Origin: Tubiluchus corallicola
Lineage: Eukaryota > Animalia > Priapulida
DNA: 64,000 nucleotides
Direction: 5' to 3'
Assembly: GCA_030141605.1 (NCBI GenBank)
Contig: JAQGDQ010000830.1
Location: forward strand, 1 to 64,000
This document shows, one piece after another, positions 36,326 through 49,259 of the stretch. The stretch's first letter is position 1. Each line of letters begins with the position of its first letter. The notes under the pieces were generated by a model. It was given only the letters and a program-made list of their open reading frames with translations. It made no database searches and was not told the DNA's origin. Position numbers and translations under genes: made by a program.

Positions 36326-37813
36326 ATCTTGTCTTCGTTTAAACGTCTGGGAAAATTATCGTAAGAGTTAAAATAAAACTCACAAGATATCGTGGCAACA
36401 ATTTTTTTACATTTAGTTCGACGTGTTCAGCTCCCTTAGCCAATGATAGAAAGTAAAAATTCATTTATTTTCATCAGTAATTTTCTCATTTTGAACTCCT
36501 TAACTATGTCGACGTAAGACATAATTGTATGTAGACGAGAACACATACGTTACAGCTGCCTCTTAGCAAAGCCTTCGACAGCCTGATCCACACTTTATTA
36601 TTACAAAATTTGAAACAAGCAGAATTTGATAAAACATTTTTTCGGATGAAACAAGCACATTTGATAAAACACTGGCAAACTGACACAAAAGGCATTCCCA
36701 AGGAACCCTGTTAGGACACCTATTATTATACTCGTCCAATGAAGATATTTATTTAGCCAGATACAATTTTGAACAAGATTATAGTAAATATAAATACAGC
36801 CTTTGACTTCTATGAGTTGAGAATGAACAACGAAAAAACAATAGACATACAACTTTCATCAATAATAACACCAACAATATCTCTAAATTTGCAGTTAAAA
36901 GCTCATATTCTTGGGTATCAACATTGACGAACAATTATAGTGGGACCAACAATTTAATGAAATTTATAAAAATATGTCATCCAGTATATCGTTTCTACGA
37001 CAAGTAAAGTGGCAACTAAATTGGCAAACCAAAGTTCAGATCTATAAAGCATTTGCAATGCCTCGCTATATCTATGGATGGAGTTCATATCAGAACATCT
37101 CAAGAGAAAACTTCTATAAATGAAATACTTCAAAATTATGGCCTCCAAATGATTTCTGGATAATCACACAGGACTACTAAGAAAAATAAGCTAAATAGTT
37201 TCTCTGCTACACGAATAAGACCCTCGCTGAAAACACCACTTTTGGAAGTACATAGATATTACCACACTTTAATTTTTCTCTACAGGTACATAAAGCAGAT
37301 TAGCGTGCCATTTACTCGTTTCCAAAATTTAAAACTAATTTAAAAGCTCTCTACATGAACCGGTATGACCAACCAAGCAACAACAATTGTGTTTACCCCC
37401 AGCCAGCATAAATCATTAATAATATAATTATGCTTTATATATTGCTGCTTCGTAATGTGTTAGAATCTATTTAATTTTCCGCCCTCTTGAACATATGTAT
37501 ATGTTACGTGCATCAATAATCATATCCTTCGGTGCATTTTAATTTATGTTTAATTCACTTTAATGTATGTGATTCTTTGTGCCTTCGACGACATGTGTAT
37601 TATGTATATGTACAATTTATTTTTCAGTGCATTTTAATGTTCTTCTAAATATATTTTAATGTGTCACTTCTGCCCTTCTTTACCCCTCATCTATTTTAAT
37701 TAAAACTATATGTACGTGTAGTATATTGTATAACAAATGTGCTTGTACATTTGTTAGACACGAATTAATGAATTGTGCTGTTTGCCCTATTGTCATTGTC
37801 ATCATCGTATTGC

Positions 37814-38200
37814 CAGGGCCTATTTCAGCCTAGGCGAGGCCCGGGGAAGTGGGGCGTGTGAGGCCCCAATGGGGGGGGGGGGTGGCGTTCGCTACCAGAA
37901 AATTTTTGAACTGCTAGAACGCCGGAGAAGCATTTTCGAAGAGAAAATGTGGAGTTATACAGTTGTTGAAGGAAAGAACAATTGAAAGAAAAACTGCTTT
38001 ATTCTCAAGACCAGTCCTTAATACTTGTTAATACTGGCAAACGTGCGAGACGAGACGTGGAAACGGGCAAGAGAGAGAGGGAGAGAGGAGGCAGTATGTT
38101 CGCATAAAGCAAAAAAATATTACCTTGGCGCGAGGCCCCCGTGGAGGGTGAGTCCCCGGGGAAGACCCCACTCCCCCTCCCCCCCTTGAAATAGGCCCTG
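37814..38200. mobile_element. hAT-type MITE (387 bp)
   Basis: Perfect 14-bp TIR CAGGGCCTATTTCA/TGAAATAGGCCCTG; perfect 8-bp TSD CGTATTGC (37806-37813 and 38201-38208). Confidence 0.92.
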
Positions 38201-39524
38201 CGTATTGCTAATTATCATGCTTGTGCTTGTACATCTTATCGTATGCTGTAATTTTATCTTTATTTTAAATGCTTGTATTTTATGCGCTACATTGCTAGTA
38301 GTTTTAATTTGACGCATTTGCGAGCTAACAGCGTAAATCCTTAGTTAGATACACTGAATGATATAACGCACTGTATGATGTTTATAATCCCTACTTTTTA
38401 TGACAAATAAAGATATTCACACACAGATATATATGATATTTATAATATATTATATTAAGATTATTTAAGATTACGGTAAATAATATATCAAGATTAAGGT
38501 AAACCACGAAATACGCGCTGTGAAGTAATTTTCTAATGTGTGAGTTTTCGAACTTAGCTCCACAATAAGAACCTCTTCCTGAACAATCAAATGTTGAACA
38601 GTAACATTTCATTCTATAATCTTATGCCATCCAACCATAATGTCAGTATCGTGATGTGATATATAATGCCTTTATTTGCCATTAAAACCATATAGTATAT
38701 ATTATATATAAAACGTACCATTAATATAAACAATTTTATATAAAATATCATCTTTTCGAGATTTCTTCAAAATTGACAATGTGATGTATCAGTAGGATGT
38801 AGTGTAGGGATACCCTGAAATAAGAAAATTTGATACGTAACTTCGTATTAAATGGTGAGCAGCACGACAATGTTGGAGACAAATACTATCATATTAATGT
38901 AGACTACTAATGATAAGGCTAACTTTTAAATGGCTGCAACTTGTTATCATGAAAAGAAACTAAATAAACTGAATGTTACCTTAATTCATGTAATTACTTT
39001 TAGTTACGGAAATCTACTGATATGCTGCTGCAACACTTGCGATTCGGCGTGGCTCCACTTTCATCATTTGTACTATAAATTGTTCTAGATGTGGTATAAT
39101 ATACTCCCTCGGGTGACAATGGATACTGTATCAACATTTTCAGACTATTTTAATAATAAAGATGACTTTATACTAGCTAAGTGTCTGAACTGGGGCATGT
39201 GTGAAGAAGAGCTAACAGAGCATGACGTTGCAGAAAGAGTTACATTATATCTCAATTGTCTTGAATGGGTGACAGATATTTCGGCTTAGATCATGGCGTG
39301 TTGGTCTCTTATGAGCTTCGTCAGACTTATTGAAAATGTAATGCAGTTTTTTAATTTATAATTTATTTAGATTAGATTGTCCTTGGTTAGATTACATTTT
39401 ATTTTAATTCAGTATACATAGTAACATATTGCATTTATTTACAAGAATTATTAATAAAACAGAATAAGACTGAATTAATAATGCAACTAGCCAAACCCCA
39501 CAAAAAGAATTTTGTGCACAAATC

Positions 39525-40180
39525 AACACAACCCACACCACACCACTCCACCTCATCACACCACACTGCACCACACCATACCACTCCACCTCATCGCACC
39601 ACACAATACCACCACACCGCACCGCACCACACCACCCACACCATACCACTCCACCACATCACACCACACTGCACCACACCATACCACTGCACCACCCACA
39701 CACCACACCACACCACCCACACCATAATACTCCACCACATCACACCGCACAGCACCACACCATAACACCACACTGCACCACACCACCCACCCACCTACAC
39801 ACCACACCACCCACACCATACCACTCCACCACATCACACCACACCGCACCACACCATACCACTGCCGCACACCGCATCACCCACACACCACACCACACCA
39901 CCCACACCATACGACTCCACCACATCACACCACACTGCACCACACCATACCACCGCACCACACCACACTGCACCACCCACACCATAATACTCCACCACAT
40001 CACACCACACTGCACCACACCATAACACCACACTGCACCACAACAAACACACCACGCCACCCACTCCATACCACACTATCCACACCACACCCCACACACC
40101 CTATCACCCCACCACACCATCCATAGCACAACACACAAAGCACACCACCACCACACCACATCAAATCCACCACCACCTCA
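39525..40180. repeat. C/A-rich degenerate minisatellite (CACAC/CACCA-based)
   Basis: Direct reading; generates spurious ORFs. Confidence 0.9.
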
Positions 40181-40302
40181 AATTTTGTAACCGTTAATTA
40201 TTCAATTAATGAATGGCAACAAATGTAACAAGTATAAATATGTAATTCAAGATGTACTGAATATGGTGACTCACACAGCTTCACCCACGTATTTGCTAAA
40301 CG

Positions 40303-40472
40303 CATACATACATACATACATACATACATACATACATACATACATACATACATACATACATACATACATACATACATACATACATACATACATACATACA
40401 TACATACATACATACATACATACATACATACATACATACATACATACATACATACATACATACATACATACA

Positions 40473-40508
<36 letters not shown>

Positions 40509-40518
40509 GAGAGAGAGA
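40303..40518. repeat. (CATA)n microsatellite with short (TA)/(GA) tail
   Basis: Direct reading. Confidence 0.97.
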
Positions 40519-40771
40519 GCTAAGTTTACCATCTCTGGTACCTGTAATTACTGTTGATAATATTTTAAGAAATAGTTGAAAATTAAAAATTGCTGACCCA
40601 AAAATAAGTTGATTTAAATGTTAAACTTACGCGAATAGAAAAAAAGCAGGGGTCACAAAGTTCGCCCGTATAAGCATTAAAAAATGTTTAAAAATCATTA
40701 GCAAGACTGTAAGTATTGCGAAAGAACTGTTACTTTCTGACCAAGTGTACATTTGCATATTAGCTGGTAGA

Positions 40772-43700
40772 TGTTAAACCAGTGTACATGCCTACCTGTT
40801 GTAACGCATTCTAGACCCTTACTTGCTGTAACTCATGTTAACATTCTAAAAACATCTACTTGCTGTAATGCATGTTAACATTTTAGACACATACCTGCTG
40901 TAATGCATGTTAACATGGTGCACACCTATCTGCTGCAACATATGTTAACATTCTAGACACCTACCTGCTGTCACGCATGTTAACATGGTGCACACCTACC
41001 TGCTGTAACACAGGTTAAACCAGTGTACACGCGTACCTGTTTTAACGCATGTTAACATTCTAGACACCTATCTGTTGAAACGCATGTTAACATTGTGCGC
41101 ACCTACCTGCTGCAATGCATGTAAACATTCTAGACACCTACTTGTTGTAATGCATGTTAACATTCTAGACACCTACCTGCTGTAACATATGTTAACATTC
41201 TAGACACTTACTTGCTGTAACGCATGTTAAAATTATAAAAACACCTACTTGCTGTAGCGCATGTTAACATTCTAGACACCTACCTGCTGTAACGCATGTT
41301 AACATTCTAGACACCTACCTGCTGTAACGCATGTTAACATTCTAGACACCTACCTGCTGTAATGCTTGCTAACATTGTGCGCACCTACCTGCTGCAATGC
41401 ATGTAAACATTCGAGACACTTACCTGTTGCAATGCATGTTAACATTCTAGACACCTACCTGCTGTAATGCATGTTAACATGGTGCGCACCTATCTGCTGC
41501 AACATATGTTAACATTCTAGACACCTGCCTGCTATCACGCATGTTAACATAGTGCACACCTACCTGCTGTAACATATGTTATCATTCTAGAGACCCACCT
41601 GCTGCAGCATATGTTAACATTCAAGACACTTACTTGCTGTAACGCATGAGAGCATTCTAGACATCTACCTGCTGCAACGCATGTAAACATTCTAGACACC
41701 TACCTGCTGTAATGCATGTTAACATGGTGCACACCTATCTGCTGCAACATATGTTAACATTCTAGACACTTACCTGCTGTAACGCATGTTAATATTCTAG
41801 ACGCTGACTTGCTGTAACACATGTTAACATTGTAGACACCTACCTGCTGTAGTGCATGTTAACATTGTGCACACCAACCTACTGCAACGCATGTCAACAT
41901 TGTAGACACCTAAATGCTGTCGGCATGTTAACATGGTGCACACCTACCAGCTGTAACACATGTTAAACCAGTGTACACGCCTACCTGTTGTAATGCATGT
42001 TAACATTCTAGACACCTATCTGTTGAAACGCATGTTAACATTGTACACACCTACCTGCTATAACATATGTTAACATTCTAGACACCTAAATGCTGTCACG
42101 CGTGTTAACATGGTGCACACCTACCAGCTGTAACACATGTTAAACCAGTGTACGCGCCTACCTGTTGTAACGCATGTTAACATTCTAGACACCCATCTGT
42201 TGAAATGCATGTTAACATTGTACACACCTACCTGCTATAATGCATGTTAATATTCTAGACGCCTACTTGCTGTAACGCATGTTAACATTCTAGACACCTA
42301 CCTGCTGCAACGCATGTAAACATTCTAGACACTTACCTGCTGTAACGCATGTTAATATTCTAGTCGCTGACTTGCTGTAACGCATGTTAACATTCTAGAC
42401 ACCTACCGCTGTAGTGCATGTTAACATTGTGCACACCAACCTACTGCAACGCATGTCAACATTGTAGACACCTAAATGCTGTCGGCATGTTAACATGGTG
42501 CACACCTACCAGCTGTAACACATGTTAAACCAGTGTACACGCCTACCTGTTGTAATGCATGTTAACATTCTAGACACCTATCTGTTGAAACGCATGTTAA
42601 CATTGTACACACCTACCTGCTATAACATATGTTAACATTCTAGACACCTAAATGCTGTCACGCGTGTTAACATGGTGCACACCTACCAGCTGTAACACAT
42701 GTTAAACCAGTATACACGCCTACCTGTTGTAACGCATGTTAACATTCTAGACACCCATCTGTTGAAACGCATGTCAACATTGTACACACCTACCTGCTAT
42801 AACGCATGTTAATATTCTAGACGCCTACTTGCTGTAACGCATGTTAATATTCTAGACACTGACCTGCTGTAATGCATGTTAACATTGTGCACACCTGCCT
42901 GCTGTAACATATGTTAACATTCTAGACACCTATCTGCTGTCACGCATGTTAACATGGTGCACACCTACCTGCTGTATCACATGTTAAACCAGTGTACACG
43001 CCTAACTGTTGTAACGCATTCTAGACCCTTACTTGCTGTAACTCATGTTAACATTCTAAAAACATCTACTTGCTGTAATGCATGTTAACATTTTAGACAC
43101 CTACCTGCTGTAATGCATGTTAACATGGTGCACACCTATCTGCTGCAACATATGTTAACATTCTAGACACCTACCTGCTGTCACGCATGTTAACATGGTG
43201 CACACCTACCTGCTGTAACACAGGTTAAACCAGTGTACATGCGTACCTGTTTTAACGCATGTTAACATTCTAGACACCTATCTGTTGAAATGCATGTTAA
43301 CATTGTGCGCACCTACCTGCTGCAATGCATGTAAACATTCTAGACACCTACTTGTTGTAATGCATGTTAACATTCTAGACACCTACCTGCTGTAACATAT
43401 GTTAACATTCTAGACACTTACTTGCTGTAACGCATGTTAAAATTATAAAAACACCTACTTGCTGTAGCGCATGTTAACATTCTAGACACCTACCTGCTGT
43501 AACGCATGTTAACATTCTAGACACCTACCTGCTGTAATGCTTGCTAACATTGTGCGCACCTACCTGCTGCAATGCATGTAAACATTCGAGACACTTACCT
43601 GTTGCAATGCATGTTAACATTCTAGACACCTACCTGCTGTAATGCATGTTAACATGGTGCGCACCTATCTGCTGCAACATATGTTAATATTCTAGACACC

Positions 43701-44645
43701 TGCCTGCTATCACGCATGTTAACATAGTGCACACCTACCTGCTGTAACATATGTTATCATTCTAGAGACCCACCTGCTGCAGCATATGTTAACATTCAAG
43801 ACACTTACTTGCTGTAACGCATGAGAGCATTCTAGACATCTACCTGCTGCAACGCATGTAAACATTCTAGACACCTACCTGCTGTAATGCATGTTAACAT
43901 GGTGCACACCTATCTGCTGCAACATATGTTAACATTCTAGACACTTACCTGCTGTAACGCATGTTAATATTCTAGACGCTGATTGCTGTAACACATGTTA
44001 ACATTGTAGACACCTACCTGCTGTCACGCATGTTAACATGGTGCACACCTATCTGCTGCAACATATGTTAACATTCTAGACACCTACCTGCTGTCACGCA
44101 TGTTAACATGGTGCACACCTACCTGCTGTAACACATGTTAAACCACTGTACACACCTATCTGTTGTAACGCATGTTAACATTCTAGACACCTATCTGTTG
44201 AAACGCATGTTAACATTGTGCACACCTACCTGCTGTAATGCATGTTAACATTGTGCACACCAACCTGTTGCGACGCATGTTACCATTCTAGACACCTACC
44301 TGCTGTAACGCATGTTAACATTCTAGACACCTACCTGTTGTAACGCATATTAACATTCTAAGCACCTACCTGCTGTAACGCATGTTAGCATGGTGCATAC
44401 CTACCTGCTGCAACTCATGTTAACATTCTCGCCACCCACCTGCTGCAACATATGTTAACATTCTAGACACCTACCTGCTGTAATGCAGGTTAACATTGTG
44501 CACACTTACGTGCTGTAGCACATGTTAAACAGTGTACACGGCTGCTTGTTGTAAGGCATGATAGCATTCTAGACATCTATCTGCTGTAATGCTTCTTAAC
44601 ATTGTGTGCACCTACCTGCTGCAACGCATGTAAACAATGCTGTAA
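40772..44645. repeat. 35-bp satellite array (~110 monomers) with higher-order repeats
   Basis: Consensus CATGTTAACATTCTAGACACCTACCTGCTGTAACG; period 35 (e.g. 41261 to 41296). Confidence 0.97.
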
Positions 44646-46022
44646 TACATTAAGATTGATGCACCACCTACCATGGTGGCGGCCAGTGCCGATAGTACCT
44701 TTGATTGTCTATCTCACTGTTTGCGTGTTGCTGCCACCTGCTTACGGTTGTTGTGTAAAGGTCGCTTTTCCAAACACTTTCCTACCATAGAAACGTATAG
44801 GGAAGCCAAAACCTTATTCCCAGTTATCCAGGTAGGTATAGAAAGAAAGGACGACTTTGAGGAGACGTTGCTGACTAATGAAGCAGTTTCCAACCATCTC
44901 CGCTCTAGTGCTAGTGTTGATAGTCCAGGCAATGCATTATCCACATCCTAAACCAAGACCTCCCTCAATGTTCAGCACCTCTTCCGCAATTAATCTACGA
45001 CGATGAAAGGGCACACTGGCGAAAAGACGCAGAGGACTAAGTGATGTTCACCACGCCATTACCAGTGCAACAAGTGACAAGGTCAGCGTTACCTGAATAA
45101 ATCACATACGTGTCATGTAAAAGTTTTCTTAAATCAAAATGATCTTCAGGAAGACATTGGAAGTATACCATCTACATCACTGACATCATGATATAAACGA
45201 TACCTACTAGGCCTACGGTAAAATGTTACATGATGTCATAGATTTTCATATCCCCGTTAAAACAAAACCAAAATTGTCGCAGAAAAGTGGCCATTCATGA
45301 TTGGACAGCTTCATAGAGCTGTAAATCACGAAAAAATCACGAGTGCAGCCGATTTAAGTGCGCAAGAAACTGGAACAACTATCGTAAACAGGGTTATTTA
45401 TAAAATAAATTGAAACGACGGGTTGTCCGAATTTATTTTCGCGAAAGTTGTAGCGGCGGGCCAAAGTCGAAAGAGTTCTGGCCAATCATCAAGTCATTTC
45501 TAACGAACAAATGAAGTTAATAGAATACATCAATCATTCTGTAATATTAGCAACATTTTCACATCAGTGCAATGTCTGTAAATTTTTTAACGACCACTTC
45601 ACGAGTGGGGCTAACAATATTGGAGAAGCTACAAAATTTAAGCTACTTAACATGCTTAAAAACTGGGACTATCCCACCAGGCGAATTTCGCTTCAGACCA
45701 ATAAACGAATTTGATGTCAGCAGATCTTAGAAACAAATACCTCTCCGTAACCCCACTGGCTTTGACGGAATATCTATTGAGACGTTTGAACATGCTGAAA
45801 CCTGCAATTATCACATCGCTAGCAAACACTGATTCAGCATATCGTTGCTCGATGGGTTCTAGTTTCATAAAACGCAGTTACATAAATTTTAGTTAAATTG
45901 AACAAGTTTTTCCTCATCTGTTATTTTAGTTTTGCATGTTCTTTTTCAAGTAACAATTGTGCTCATAATAATTAGTTACTAGCTTAACAGCTGCAGCCTG
46001 TACACTACAGGAGTTTTAATTA

Positions 46023-46297
<275 letters not shown>

Positions 46298-46613
46298 ATA
46301 TTTATAGGCATTAAATTTTCGTTTACTAATTCTTTATTTTTGTAAAAGCACTCTAAAAACGTTTATTTACTTTTCCTGGTAATAATAAAAGCCATAAATT
46401 TATATTAGAAGTAACATGACTTGCCATCGACTTTAGTAATACAAAATAGTAATGAAAAATAGATGTATTTTGTAAAACAACGAAATTTTAAAACTTAACG
46501 ATAACAAGAAACATCATAAAAACATTTTAACAACACTGTATAAAAACGTAAAGCAACTAATGTGTCAAGTCAAACATTAAGTCTATACTTCGGTTTGATG
46601 TACAGTTAACCTA

Positions 46614-47051
46614 TTAGTTGTAACCTGCATAGCCTCTAGCAGTAACATAAGTTTTGCCACCGGTAACATATCCAAAACCTCCATGATAAACTGGCCGAGA
46701 CTTGTATTCACCACCAAACCTACCACGCCCTCCTCCATATCCACCACCGATAAACGAACCTCCATATCCGGCTCCAAATCCACCTTCATAGCCTTTAACA
46801 GGTCCACCACCACCGCCTACATATCCTCCTGTCAAGCCAAGCTGACCCACTCCGGCTCCAATAATTCCACCACCATAGTGACCTCCGTAGCCACTGCCAA
46901 ATCCACCATAGTCGCCATCGTATCCACTATAACCGCAACCACTTCCATATCCGCCACCATATCTACTATAACTGCCATAATTACTGTAGCGCCCACAGTA
47001 GTTAATTCCACGTCGTCGATATCCGGAAGGATAAACAAAAGAAACCATCGC
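46614..47051 (-). CDS. Gly/Tyr-rich (GGYG) protein terminal exon or ORF, 144 aa from ATG
   Basis: Acceptor tttttgtag then AMVSFVYPSGYRRRGINYCGRYSNYG...; codon-diverse GGY repeats; upstream exon(s) unresolved. Confidence 0.7.
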   Translation of the reverse strand, partial: AMVSFVYPSGYRRRGINYCGRYSNYGSYSRYGGGYGSGCGYSGYDGDYGGFGSGYGGHYGGGIIGAGVGQLGLTGGYVGGGGGPVKGYEGGFGAGYGGSFIGGGYGGGRGRFGGEYKSRPVYHGGFGYVTGGKTYVTARGYAGYN

Positions 47052-47107
47052 CTACAAAAACATTGATGGAATGAAATCACAATAATTATTAAAACTTATT
47101 TACTAAA

Positions 47108-47770
47108 GAGAATAGAAATAGAAATAGAAATAGCAATAGAAATAGCAATAGCAATAGCAATAGAAATAGAAATAGAAATAGAAATAGAAATAGAAATAGA
47201 AATAGAAATAGAAATAGAAATAGAAATAGAAATAGAAATAGTTATAGAAATAGAAATAGAAATAGAAATAGAAATAGAAATAGAAATAGAAATAGAAATA
47301 GAAATAGAAATAGAAATAGAAATAGAAATAGAAATAGAAATAGAAATAGAAATAGAAATAGAAATAGAAATAGAAATAGAAATAGAAATAGAAATAGAAA
47401 GAGAAATAGAAATAGAAATAGAAATAGAAATGGAAATAGAAATAGAAATAGAAATAGAAATAGACATAGACATAGACATAGACATAGACATAGACATAGA
47501 CATAGACATAGAAATAGAAACAGAAAAGAAATAGAAATAGAAAAGAAATAGAAATAGAAATAGAAATAGAAATAGAAATAGAAATAGAAATAGAAATAGA
47601 AATAGAAATAGAAATAGAAATAGAAATAGAAATAGAAACAGAAACAGAAACAGAAACAGAAACAGAAACAGAAACAGAAACAGAAACAGAAACAGAAAGA
47701 GAAAGAGAAAGAGAAACAGAAACAGAAATAGAAATAGAAATAGAAAGAGAAAGAGAAAGAGAAAGAGAAT
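47108..47770. repeat. (ATAGAA)n hexanucleotide microsatellite with ATAGAC/ACAGAA/AGAGAA variant blocks
   Basis: Direct reading. Confidence 0.97.
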
Positions 47771-48958
47771 TGAAATGTAATAGAAATGACATTGTTTTGT
47801 TTTGTAGTAATTTGTTCAGTGAAAATTAATATAATGATATCTTAATTGAGAAACTAACCACTTGTGCGTGAACGGTTTACTTCAATTATATTAAGTTTAA
47901 CATATAAAGTACCCTATCTGTATGCCATCATGCTGAGACAAAACAGTGCAAAGCGTTGATTGCTTTTTCAACTTTGTGGCTAAAAACGGAATCATGTGAC
48001 GGAGGATGTGGTCAATAACCAGTGCCTTGTATGCAGGTGTAGGCATTGCCAGTGTCATGCCTGCAGACGTGGACAGTGAACAGTGCCTTGTCAGCAGACG
48101 TTGCCAGTGACCTGCACCTTGTCTATACATGTGGACAAGCGTCATGTCTACTGATGATTAAATCCAGTACAATATGACGAGAACTTCAATTATTTAATAA
48201 GCATAAATGAAGTTGGTAGAATAAGTAGCAGTTTGTTGATTTGCTTAATGAAATGGACACATTAAATTCTGTCTCAAACCAGTAAGTTGCTGAACACATC
48301 CGTATCTGCGAGAAAATTTTAAAATTTTTAAATAAATACCATTTTTAAATGTAGCAGTTCTTAGAATCAATAATGTTCTAAATACTGTAGCTTGCAGAGG
48401 CAACTAGATTTTAACAGTGCTGATAGGCCTAGACATAAAAAAACGTTTTGTAAAACGTATCATTTGCTGAACTTCTTGATACGCCTCATATGAACACAGA
48501 ATCTAGGCCGCAGACTAAAGCTTCGCCACGCAGCGTTATCTAAAGCTAAAAAATCCAACCATTAATGTTTTGGGTTCACTACTGCGGGGGAAATAAACAC
48601 CACGGGGGAAATAAACACCATTGGTCTTTCGAATTTTCGGTTTTCGACCACTTCTCTGTAGTGCAACTGACATCACACTGGCATATTAAACAACGTCAAT
48701 ATCTAATAATTCTACCTGTTTAACCATATCTTACTGATTCGCTAACTTTTCACCGCAGCCTGGATTATAAATATCTGGGATATTATCTTCCCCACCAAAC
48801 AAATATCATATCAAATAATCTTCAAAATTTGTATATACACTAACTCTGTATGCGAGTGAAAAGTAACTCTCCTTTGAAAAGATAGATGGCGCAATTTACT
48901 CGAAAATTACAGCACTTGCACAAAAACTAGTTTGTCAGTTCCGCAAAGACAGATAAAT

Positions 48959-49097
<139 letters not shown>

Positions 49098-49259
49098 CAG
49101 TTAGTAGGAAGCTAGTTCCAATTGTAATATGTGAAGCATGCTACGACAAAAACAACTCAATGGACATACAGCCAGGAATCAGCAGAGAAAGAGTAAGTTC
49201 TGTTTCCTTAACCAGCGTAGTTGGAGCGATATCGACAACCTAAAAACGCAGATAACAGA

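Noticed and set aside
36480-36950. Additional LINE fragment (also 39050-39300)
   Set aside because: Only faint motifs (GVIIDE, WYNILP); too degraded to call by eye.
40772-44645. CRISPR array (35-bp palindromic repeats)
   Set aside because: Monomers are head-to-tail with no unique spacers, there are no cas genes, and the context is eukaryotic.
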